Source: Eledone cirrhosa (taxonomy: Eukaryota). Taken from it: a DNA stretch of 64,000 nucleotides. The stretch lies in assembly GCA_964016885.1 (NCBI GenBank), contig OZ024741.1, forward strand, positions 143,840,001-143,904,000, given 5' to 3'. Made by a program: the position numbers and the translations under genes. The notes under the pieces are model-generated. The model was not told where the DNA came from. It did not search any database and saw only the letters and a program-made list of their open reading frames with translations. Positions 24,115 through 35,527 of this stretch are shown in pieces (the first letter of the stretch is position 1; each line of letters opens with the position of its first letter).

Positions 24115-24687
24115 ATGTGCAACCATGCAGTATTCTTCTCCCCATATTTTTCACATATATTTACCTAAACTGCAATTCTGTGTTTCTCTCTTTCTCTCTT
24201 ACTGCTCCCTCGTTCTCTCTGTTTCTCTTACTTTCTTTCGTCCCCTCTGTCATGTCAGTTAACACTTTCTCTCTACTAACCTCTTCCTCGCACTTCCACT
24301 CACTCACTCTCTGTTTCTCCCCTTCTCACTTCCCCCCATTCGCTACGAATACGATTTTCCTTCTTTCTTACATCGGATTCACTAGCGGAAGGTCTATTTC
24401 TTACTCGCTCATATATTCACCCAGCTTATACTGACAGAATAACCATGTAGCTTGTGTTTCTTTCTATCTTCGGTTAGCTTTCCCCTGTGTTGTTTACTTG
24501 TCTCACTCGCTTTACGCGTTTCAATTGTCCTAATAACTTATTTTAGTTATTATTGCACCAACGTGAGGTATATGATTTTTAATGCGATGAAATACCAATG
24601 ATCGTTGGCAAATCACTGATGAGGGACTCATTTTATAACATGTATTCCATGTGCAACCATGCAGTATTCTTCTCCCCATATTTTTCA
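24115..24687 (+). mobile_element. Direct-repeat-flanked non-coding unit (534-nt period), pLTR/retrozyme-like
   Basis: Identical 39-bp repeats at 24115-24153 and 24649-24687; CTGATGAG at 24616 but no clear GAAA partner. Confidence 0.5.
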
Positions 24688-27600
24688 TCATCATCATCAT
24701 CATCATCAACGTTTAACGTCCGTGTTCCACGCTTGCATGGGTTTGGACGGGGGTTTTCCCACTTGAGGCAAGAGTGATTGTCTTGCTCGCATAGGACTTT
24801 CTGGCAGGTTTTCTACAGTTGGATGCCCTTCCTAACACCAACCACATTTACAGTGTGGGTCTGGGAGGTTTTTACCGTGTTGCCTACACGGCCACATTAC
24901 AGCGTGGACTGTGTGTTTTTTTGTCGTGACACCTACACGATCTCATTTGTTTCGGCCTGGATGGTGTGGCACCAACATAACTTTACATAGAAGGGGGTGG
25001 TGTGGATGGGGTGGGGGTGGTGGGACGGGGGTGTATTTTGTTAGAGATGCCTACTGACTGTAGTAGGTTTTACTATGTATTTAGGTAAGGCGGGTCTTCT
25101 CTATTACTGAGTACCGCCAAAGGTCTCGGTCCAGTGACATTGTCTTGGAGAGGTGTAAGTGTGTGAGGTCGGAGTTTATCAGCTCGTCCCAGGTTTTTCT
25201 AGGTCTGCCTATTCCGTGGCTACCGTCTATCTTTATTGCCCTGCACTTTGTTATACAGCTATCGACTTTCATGCGCATCACGTGTCCATACCAACGTAGC
25301 CTTCTCTCGAGTAAACAACATCTGATCCCTCTTATTTCTAATTTTTTCCTTAGTTCGTTTATGCTTTGCCGTTCACGTATATTACTATTACACATCCAGC
25401 GGAGCATGCAAGCTTCGTTCCTCTCTAGTCTGCGTATATCCTCTGCACACAATGCCCAGGTCTCACTGCCATGCAACATTGCTGTTCATATGCAGGCATC
25501 ATACAACATGCCTTTTGTTTTTAGGGAGAACCCTTTAGCGGCTAATAGTGGTATAAGCTCTCTGAACTTTTTCCATCCAGTTCTGACTCTAGCTACTGTA
25601 CTTTCAGAGCACCCTCCCCCACTGCTGATTTTGTCACCCAGGTAACGGAAGCTGTCCACTATTTCTATAGAACCCTCTGCGCAGTTGAAAGAGCTAGTAT
25701 TTTGTGGGCACTTGCTGCTACTTATTGCACCAGAGCACCGGCCACATGTGAAATCTATGTTCTTAGTTAGCTTACCTGTGATCCCACTACATCTTTTATG
25801 CACCCATACTTTGCATTTCTGACACAAAATGGAGTTTCTACCTACGCCTTTCCTACACACTGAGCATGGCCACTTCCCGGAAGGGACCGCCGCCTTATTT
25901 TCTTTCCTACAAACTAGAACTCTGGTCTTAGCCAGGTTAATTTTAAGGCCTTTTGATTCTAGGCCGTGCTTCCATGTTTGGAATTTCTTCTCTAGCTCGG
26001 CCATTGATTCAGCTATGAGTGTTAGGTCGTCTGCGTATAGGAGTTCCCATGGGCAGCCGGTCTTGAACTCCTCTGTTATAGCCTGAAGGGCAATAATAAA
26101 TAGTAGGGGGCTGAGAACAGAGCCCTGATGGACGCCAACTTTTACGCTAAACTCTTCACTATATTCGTTGTTAATTCTAACCTTGCTGACTGTTTCTTTA
26201 TACATGGCTTGTATAGCTCTCACAAGCCATTCGTTGACACCTAGTTTTCTAAGGGCCCACCAGATAATGGAACAGGGGACTCTGTCGAAGGCTTTCTCCA
26301 AGTCGACAAAAGCTAAGTATAGGGGTTTACTTTTAGCTAGGTACTTCTCCTGTAGTTGTCGTACAATGAAAAGAGCGTCTGTGGTACTTTTGCCTGACAC
26401 AAACCCGAACTCCATTTCATCTAGGTCAATTCTCTCTCTGATTAGTTGCGCTATTACTTTTTCCGTGACCTTCATGACCTGGTCGATTAATTTAATGCCT
26501 CTATAGTTACTCCTATCTAGGGCATCTCCTTTACCCTTATAACAGTTAACGATGATGCTGCTATGCCAGTCCTTCGGAACAACCCTATTCTGTACGACTT
26601 GGTTAACTATCCGGGTGACCATGGTGTGTCCCACCGTGCCAGATGCCTTCAGCATCTCAGCAACTATTTCCGAAGGCCCAGCCGCCTTACCCGTCTTCAT
26701 ATCCTTGATTGCCTTACTTATTATACTACCCTCGACTAACACTGCTGGTCCCTCTATTGGGTCGATGTGGGGGAGACTGTATTTCTCCCATTTATTCTCC
26801 TCATTTAGTAGCCTTTCATAGTGACACTTCCAAGCTACCTTCTTATCAGCGTCGGTGATGGCAAGTATGCCGTCATCATTAAGTACACACTTCTCCCCAA
26901 CAATATCACGGTTTTCCTTGACACATTGCCTAGCAATCCTGAACACCTCACGTTTTTGGTCCTCGCGTTGTAGAACATGCTTGAACTTTCTTTCCTCTGC
27001 TTCCCTTCTTGCGAAGTACACTTGTCTCCTAGCTTCCCTCCTGGCCACTTGATAGTCTTCTCTACTTCCCCCATCCCACCATACTTTCCAAGCCTGCTTT
27101 TTGGCCTTAATTGACCCCTCCACCTTACTGTTCCACCACCATGTTACTCTCCTCCTGCCTACAGGCCTGCTCCAGCCACAGACTTCGTCTGCTGCCATCA
27201 GCAGGTTTGCTTTCAGAAATTCCCACTGTCCCTCTATATTGTCCGACTCTAAATGCTCTTCCTTACTGTCAAAAGCATCAAGTAATATGCTTTGGAATTT
27301 ATTTCTGGCTGTGGGGTCCTTTAGCTTCCATATTTTTTTCCTGAGGATAGTCCTCTTCTGCTGTCGAGTACGTCTCGTCCTGACTATGAGGTCGGTAATT
27401 ATCAGTCTATGTTGGGAGGTGCATTCTTCATGGGGGAGGGATTTAGTGTTTACAACAGACACTCTGTCACGTCTTCTGGTAAGGATATAATCTACCTGGC
27501 TTGTGTGTTCCCCGTATCTATAGGTGATCAGGTGATTGTCACGTTTTTTGAAGTTAGTGTTACAGATAGTTAGGTTATTTGCGTCACAGAATTCCAGGAT

Positions 27601-27759
27601 TCTGGAGCCTTCCTCATTTCTAGTACCAAACCCATAGCCTCCATGGATTTCGTCGTAGCCGTCACAATGTTGTCCAACGTGACCATTTAGGTCGCCTGCA
27701 ATAATTATATAGTCACTGTCGGTTATTTGGGAGGTAGTGAGCATCAGTGTCTCATAGAA

Positions 27760-27762
<3 letters not shown>
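24686..27762 (-). mobile_element. RTE LINE subfamily A, 5'-truncated, one nonsense mutation
   Basis: ORFs 25486..27765 and 25081..25479 are separated by a CGA>TGA change. Confidence 0.95.
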
Positions 27763-27807
<45 letters not shown>

Positions 27808-27811
<4 letters not shown>

Positions 27812-30572
27812 ATACTTGGGGAGGGTCATATTTGTGTAATATTGCCAGAATTAATAACAGAACACACTCACTGTTTGGTTGGTTTTCGCTTCTCGCTGTC
27901 TTTTATATCTGCGATCTAACTTAATCGGTCCTCAATGTTGCCATTGACTGACCAACGGTCAAAAATAATACAGATACAATATAGACACAAACACATATAT
28001 ATAGTTTACATAATTTACATAAATCTTTCGTTGCACATCTGCAACATCGTCAGTGGTGTTATATTTTTTCCTCCTGTTGTGTTGTATGTCTACGCCATTT
28101 TTTATTCAGTCTGTCTATATATTTATTTATTTATTTGCTTGTTTGTTTATTTTATTTTGTCTTCTTTGCGCATGCGTTTGCGTGTGTGTATAGTGTTACG
28201 TTTGCTGTGTGACTAGTGTGTATAGTGTTGTGTCTGCTGGATGACTAGTGTGTGTTTATGTGCTTGTTGTTATTGTGCTTGTGTATGTATTTATTTATCT
28301 TATTTTATTTTATTTTATTTACTTATTTATACTTCTCTTAGGTCAGTGTTGTTTGTTTGGGTGTTGTTGTTGTTCCACTCATTCTTTCTGTTTAGCTTTG
28401 GTCTTCTAATTTCTATTTCACTGGCCTCTCTGATTTGCCTATCTGCTGGGTCATTCCTATGTTTAGATATTATTCTAATTTCTATGTTGTCTATGTTACC
28501 GTCATGTTGTTGTCTAGCATGTTCGTATAATACTGACCCGTTTTTTCGTCCTTTTAGTTCCCCCCAGTGTTGGTCTATCCTTTCACCTATGCTACGAGCT
28601 GTTTCGCCTATGTATGTTGTTGTCATGTTTCTGCAAGTACCCTCTGTACATCTTATGCTATAGACTATGTTTCTAGTTTTACAGTTTATCCGGGGGTTCA
28701 CCTTACATATGATACATTTCCTATTGGTACAGTGGGTTTTCTTAAAGGGGTAGGTTTTGCTGATCAGGGATTTTATGGTGGTTCCTGGCTTTTCTACCAC
28801 CTTTGTTTTTAAGTGGGTTTTTCTCAGGGCCTTTCTACACTGGTTACCTAATTTCCCTCCAGGGGTGGCGTCCACAAACATGACACTCTGATATCTCTGG
28901 TTGTCGTACCATGATGTGGCCTTCCCTATCTTATGTCTAGCCCTATCTAAGCTATTCCATGATTTGCTCCTGTATAATGGGCAAATTCCTTTCATGTCCA
29001 GTTCTATGAGGGTCTTATACTTTTCCATGGCTCCTTCGTATACTCTGACTCTGTCTCTTTGGTTGTAGCCAGAGAACTGCATGCGGTTGATGAAGTGTTG
29101 GATGTGTCTTTCCATTTCTGTTGGGTCGCACATGCTGGACACATTCTTCATCACTCGTACCAAATCTGTGATCAGAATATTAAACTTAGCACTACTGGAC
29201 ATTACTGAGTTTTTGAGTATCAGGTATTTAGAGGCCATGGGTTTAGCATAGTGTGAGTGGAGAATTTGGGCTCTCTTGTCTATAGTGTTAATCCAGAGTT
29301 CTGTGTCTAATACAGGTAGTCTATTGTTAGGGTGTTTGGAAGGGAAGTCGATAGTTACAGTTATACTCTGGTGTATGGAATTAGCTATCTGCTGGATGCT
29401 TTCCATCGTGCTACGTTCTAATTCAAACTTGTTAGTGCTCTCTAGTGGGGGTGTTCTTATAACTATATTGATATCGTCTACATAACGAGAGTACATGATG
29501 AGGTCTATGGAGCTTTCATTAAGGAGATCTTTAAGTCTCCTTTCCCACCATACCATGAAAAGGTTGGCAACATCACCAGCTATGCTGACGCCGATGGCTG
29601 CTCCCTCATTTTGGGTGTAGATTTTCTCATTGAACTTAAATATGTGGCCCTTTAGGGTAGTTTTGATACTAGCCCCTATTGCATGTGCGACCATTTTTCT
29701 TACCTGATCATTGTTTTGGGGGGTCCGTATAGCTTTGGTCCACCCAATCCACCTTCCCATGGGAGTCTTTTTTGCCATTGAGGTTATGGTGGGGGGGGGT
29801 CTACCTCTTATAGGTCTACTAGGGCAGAAACATCTAAGGTCATGGCTGTCTAGGTAGTCAGTGTCGTAGGTAAGTCTAAGTAGGAGGCCCAGTTCGTCTG
29901 TGTCGACGTCGCAGAACTCCACCTCACTCTCGATGATCATCTCCACACATCTTTTCACAGCAAAATCAATGTTAATGGATGGGTACAGTGACACCACATC
30001 CATGCTGCCTATTATGCAGTTGGATAGGCTCCTGTTTTTGTTGCACTCACTGATTCTGCTGAGGAGGTCCTCTGTACTTTCACATACATCTGGGGACATC
30101 TTGATTATGGGCGTATAACCATCGAGAGGAAGTAGGAGATCCTGTAGTTGCTAGCTATATTAGCTCCGCATACGGGTCTTGTTGGGGGTCCTGTTGTCGG
30201 GTCGTCGACTGTCTTGTGGTCTTTGCGGAGCCCATACAAGGGTGGTATGCCATTGTTAGACGCCTGGAAGTTGTTGGCAGTGCGTCTGCTTGGCTTTAGG
30301 ATGTCAGTCCACATCATCATGTGAGCGTTGAGGATTTTTTCTCTCCCATCGTGTGTTTGTTGTGCAACTTCGCTCGTGTTGGTGATGTGGGGTTGCATAA
30401 CCTCGATGTAGTTCGGCATGCTATCTATTGACATCCTACCAGACTTATCTGTGGGCAGACACACTACCTCACCATCCCTTGTGCGCTGCTTGAGGCTAAC
30501 CAAGCCTTCTACAGGTTTCCTCCCAAGTTGTTGGGCCTCTGGTCTGCTCTGTCTAAACTAATTCATCGCCGC
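27808..30572 (-). mobile_element. Penelope-like element (second family), 5'-truncated
   Basis: RT plus GIY-YIG ORFs; 3' UTR has the HHR-like core CTGACGA-t-gttgca-gatg-tgcaac-GAAA at ~28015-28058; flanked by (TA)n. Confidence 0.92.
28327..30503 (-). pseudogene. PLE RT + GIY-YIG endonuclease, 1-nt frameshift at ~30108
   Basis: PPLYGLRKDHK, PTRPV, SMDVVSLYPSI, GAAIG, RYVDD, LPVLD, CTNRKCIIC linker, NIVYSIRC...YIGETARSIGERIDQH, EASEI...LN. Confidence 0.93.
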
Positions 30573-30604
<32 letters not shown>

Positions 30605-30610
30605 TTATAT

Positions 30611-30808
30611 CATCATCATCATCATCATCACCGTTTTACGTCCGTTCTTCCACGCTAGCATGGGTTAGACGGGTTGTCCTGTTGTGGGCAGTGTCTGGTC
30701 GGCTGACCATGCCTTGCTCATACAGGAACTGATCTGGCTTGATTTCTACAGCTGGATACCCTTCCTAACACCAACCTCATTTACAGTGAGTGCTGGGTGC
30801 TTTTCGTG
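30611..30808 (-). mobile_element. RTE subfamily B 3' UTR fragment
   Basis: Matches 35528-35728; (CAT)n tail. Confidence 0.88.
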
Positions 30809-30810
30809 GA

Positions 30811-31157
30811 GGCACATGGCTTAGTGATTAGAGCATTGGCCTTGCAATCGAAAGGTTGTGAGTTCAATTCTCAGACCGGGTGATGTGTTGTTTCCTTGAG
30901 CAAGACACTTTATTTCACATTGCTCCAGTTTACTCAGCTGTAGAAATGAGATGATAGGGACTGGAGTCCCTATCATTCCACTGCAAAGTGGTCGTGGAGG
31001 TGCCACGGAAAAAAAGCACCCAGCACTCACTGTAAATGAGGTTGGTGTTAGGAAGGGCATCCAGCTGTAGAAATCAAGCCAGAATCAGTTCCCGTCCCAC
31101 CCTTGCAAGCAGGGAAAAGCGGACGTAAAATGAAATGATGATGATGATGATGATGAT
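30811..31157 (+). mobile_element. tRNA-derived SINE with conserved central domain and RTE-derived 3' tail
   Basis: A box TGGCTTAGTGATT, B box GAGTTCAATTC, central CCTTGAGCAAGACACTT, shared RTE 3' UTR TTGGTGTTAGGAAGGGCATCCAGCTGTAGAAA, (GAT)n tail. Confidence 0.9.
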
Positions 31158-31192
31158 ATATATATATATAATATATTTATATATATATATAT

Positions 31193-34100
31193 TCATCATC
31201 ATCATCATCATCACCATTTTACGTCCGTTCTTCCACGCTAGTATGGGTTAGATGGGTTGTCCTGTTGTGGGCAGTGTCTGGTCGGCTGACCATGCCTTGC
31301 TCATACAGGAACTGATTTCGCTTGATTTCTACAGCTGGATGCCCTTCCTAACACCAACCTCATTTACAGTGAGTGCTGGGTGCTTTTTCGTGGCGCCTAC
31401 ACGTCCACTTTACAGTGTGGGCTGGGTGCTTTTTTGCCGTGGCACCTCCACGACCACTTTGCAGTGGGGGGTGTGGGGGAATATTGTCTATAATCTTCAG
31501 CTTGTACCCATGGGAGGTCGGGTACTCTGTATTACTGCGTGACGCCAGAGGTCACGGTCGTGTGACATCGCCTTTGAGAGGTGTAATTGGGTAAGGTCAG
31601 CTTTTATCACCTCATCCCAGGTCATCTTGGGTCTCCCCACTCCGCGGTTTCCATCGACTTTTAGTGCTCTGCACCTTTTTATGCAGCTGTCATCCTTCAT
31701 ACGCATCGCATGTCCATACCAGCGCAACCGCCTCTCCTGCACACAGCATTTGATTCCTCTTATGCTCAGTCTCTCTCTCAATTCATTTATGCTTTGTCGT
31801 TTGCGTATATTACTGTTACACATCCATCGGAGCATGCAGGCTTCGTTTCTCTCTAATCTACGTAAGTCTTCCACCTTCAGCGCCCAGGTTTTACTACCAT
31901 GCAACATCGCTGTTCGGATACACGCATCATACAGTCTGCCTTTCATTTTGAGGGAGAAGCCTTTTGCAGCTAGCAGTGGTAGTAGTTCCCTAAACTTCTT
32001 CCATCCCGTTCTTACCCTAGTTATTGTACTTTCTGATCACCCACCTCCGCTGCTAATTCGGTCACCTAGGTAGCAGAAGCTGTCTACTGTTTCTACAGAG
32101 CCCTCCCAGAGATTGGTGGTACTTGTGTCCTGTGGTTGTTTGCTGCTTGCTGTCCCAGCACAGCTGCTGCATGTGAAGCCTACATTCTTAATTAAGCTTC
32201 CTGAGATCCCGCTACATCTCTTGTGTACCCATTGTTTGCATTTGGGGCAGAGAATGGAGTTCCTACCTACACCTTTCCTACATACTGAGCAAGGCCATTT
32301 CCCTGAGGGGATCTGGGTTCTGTTTTCTCGTCTACTTACAAGGACCTTAGTCTTTGTCATGTTGACTTTGAGACCCTTTCTTTCTAGTCCCTGCTTCCAA
32401 GTTTGGAATTTCTTCTCTAGTTCTACCATAGATTCAGCTATATGTGTGAGGTCATCAGTATACAGGAGTTCCCATGGGCATCCAGTCTTAAACTCCTCCG
32501 TTATTGCCTGCAGGACTATGATGAACAGGAGAGGGCTAAGAACAGAGCCCTGGTGGACCCCAACCTGTACGCTAAATTCCTCGCTATACTCATTGCTAAT
32601 CCTAACTTTGCTGACTGCTCCCCTATACATGGCTTGTACCGCTTTCACAAGCCATTCATCTACTCCTAGTTTGCTAAGAGCCCACCAGATTACAGCACGT
32701 GGAACTCTGTCAAAGGCTTTCTCGAGGTCGACAAATGCAAGGTAGAGTGGCTTACTTTTAGCTAGGTACTTTTCCTGTAACTGCCTCACAAGGAAGAGGG
32801 CATCAGTGGTGCCTCTTCCTGGTACAAACCCAAATTGCATCTCGTCTAGTTTCACCCGGTCCCTAATCAACTGTGCTACAACTCTTTCTGTTACTTTCAT
32901 GACCTGGTCCATCAGCTTTATACCTCTATAGTTTCCTCTATCTAGTGCATCACCTTTACCTTTGTAGCAGTTGACAATGATGCTACTGCACCAATATTTT
33001 GGTATGACACCTTCTAGTATTACCTGGTTAACAATACGTGTGGTTATAGTGTGACCTACTGACCCAGATGCCTTCAGCATCTCGGCAGCTATACCCGATG
33101 GACAAGTTGCCTTCCCCATTTTCACATCTTTGATTGCCTTACTTACTACATTGCTGCTGACTTGTACTGCTGGCTCCTCTATAGGGTCTACTTGGGGTAG
33201 GGTCTCTTCTTCCCATGCATTCTCCTCATTTAGTAATCTATCATAATGACTCTTCCATGCATCTTGCTTCTCAGCACTTGTGAGGGCAAGCTCACCTTTA
33301 TCATTCCGGATACACTTCTCTCCAATGACATCACAACTCTCTCTGATACACTGCCTCGCAATCTTGAACACCTCCTGTTTCTGGTCCTCACGTTTTAAAA
33401 CATGCTTGAATTTTCTATCCTCTGCTTCCCTCCTAGCTAAGTATACTTGTCGCCTAGCTTCCCTCTTGGTCTCTATGTAATGTACCCTGCTCCCCCCATT
33501 CTTCCATTCTTTCCATGCCTGTCTATTCGCCTTAACTGCCTCATCTACCTTATTGTTCCACCACCAAGTCACTCTCCCCCTGCTTGAGGTCTTACTCCAG
33601 CCACAGACTTCATCCGCCGCCTCTAGTAAGTTATTTTTTAGGAACTCCCAGTTCTCTTCTACATTGAATGTCTCTATCTGTTCTTCTTTACTGTCGTAGG
33701 CGTTGAGTAAAATATCTTTAAATCTGTTACTGGTTGAGGGGTCATTCATCTTCCAGATCTTTCTTCTCCAGGTTGGCCTCTGTTTCCAGGTTCGTCTAGT
33801 TCTGACCGTGAGGTCGCTGACAACTAAGCTATGTTGGGATGTACATTCCTCACTAGGGAAGGCTTTTGTGTTTACGACCGTCCATCTGTCACGTCCTCTG
33901 ATGAGGATAAAATCTATCTGACTAGAGTGCTCCCCTGATCTATAGGTGATCAGGTGGTTGTCGGGTTTTTTAAAGTTTGTGTTACATATCGACATGTCAT
34001 TGGCGTCGCAGAATTCTAGAAGTCTGAATCCTTCCTCATTTCTTGTGCCAACCCCATGGCCTCCATGTACTCTATTGAAGCCGTTGCAGTGTTTACCTAC

Positions 34101-35478
34101 GTGTCCGTTAAAATCTCCTGCGATGATTAGGAAGTCATTGTCGTCTGTTAGAGCAGTAGTGTGCATTAGGGACTCGTAAAACCTATCCTTAAGTTCGTCT
34201 GGCAGCCCCGATTGGGGTGTGTAAGCTGATATTATTGTGGTAATTGTTTTATTCAGGACTAGTCTGAGTTTAATGATTCTTGTATTTACCCTGTACACTA
34301 AGATTACTTTATCTACCCACTTGTCAGCTAGTAGTATACCTACACCACCCATCCCATCGTCATTTCCCACCCAGAAAAATTTGTAGCACCGACTTTTTCC
34401 TACAAGGACTCTAGCAGACTCTCCTCTCCATCTAGTCTCTTGCACACAGCATACATAAATTTCCTTTCGCATTTCTAGCATTTCTACAATTTCTCCTGCT
34501 CTTCCTTTCATTGTGCCTACACTGATGGTACCAACTTGGAGTTTTGGGCATTTGTCGACACTCGTAGGGAAGGGTCTCTGGATTGGCGCTTCACATGGGT
34601 GCTTGGTAGCTCGCAGATTCATATTTCATCTATTAATTCAGAGTCGCTCAAATTTATTCTCAGCTCATCCATCCATAACGGAAGGAAAATTCAGGGCTAG
34701 AAGAACAGTGGTGGTGGAATAATGGCAGGGTGTGTTGGGCTGGGACAGGGGAGGAGAGAGTTAGTTAGGTAGTAGTAGCAGAAGAAATGGCATGCTGAGG
34801 TTTGTTTGGTCGAATAGGCTATGGTGGTGTGAGTGGGTGGGTGGGTGGGAGGGAAATTGTGAGGTAGGGAAAGAGGGTCGCCGTCAAGATGGATGACTGT
34901 AACGAAGCCAAATCAACTCTAGTGATTCATTTTAGCCTTTCAGAATAGAGTGTCTTATCTCTTCAATAGCTTCAAGATGAGTGAGGTGGAATGGGTGAAG
35001 AGGGAACGGGAGGTAATGGGTGGCTTAGAGATAGATACAGAGAGGGTAGCCATCATAGAGAGAGAGATAGAGAGGGGGTAGCCATTATAGAGAGAGAGGG
35101 TCGCCGCATAGCAAAGTAGCCGATAGAATACATCAACAATAATATTAATAATTGTTTCGACTTTAGGCACAAGCCCAGCAATTACCCAGTGCATTACTGG
35201 TACTTTTATTTTATCGACCCCGTAAGAATGAAAGGCAAAGTCAACCTCGGCGGGTAGCCAGTCATGGCCTGTAGCCTTTGATGGAAAAATAGACAGAGAC
35301 GAGGAAAAATAGACAGAGTCAGCATGGTAGGAGAATAATAAAGTAGATGTGTTGTGGGAGCTGAAATACCTTCGTAAAATTTGTATGGATGGATGACTGT
35401 AACAAAGCCAAATCAACTCTAGTGATTCATTTTAGCCTTTCAGAATAGAGTGTCTTATCTCTTCAATAGCTTCAAGAT
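31193..35478 (-). mobile_element. RTE LINE subfamily B, full length, inactivated
   Basis: ORF 32037..34622 (YTDD, premature TGA) plus 31497..31946; 91-bp 5' module duplicated at 34888-34978 and 35388-35478. Confidence 0.94.
35162..35252. mobile_element. SINE fragment resembling a common octopus repeat, inside the RTE 5' region
   Basis: CTGGTACTT...TTTATCGACCCCG..AGAATGAAAGGCAAAGTCAACCTCGGCGG; recognised from memory, not searched. Confidence 0.55.
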
Positions 35479-35479
35479 T

Positions 35480-35525
<46 letters not shown>

Positions 35526-35527
35526 TA

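Noticed and set aside
30099-30110. Possible selenocysteine or readthrough between the two PLE ORFs
   Set aside because: The stop is TAA and the ORFs are in different frames; a 1-nt deletion explains it.
30811-30880. tRNA gene
   Set aside because: A and B boxes are present but there is no complete cloverleaf; it is a SINE head.
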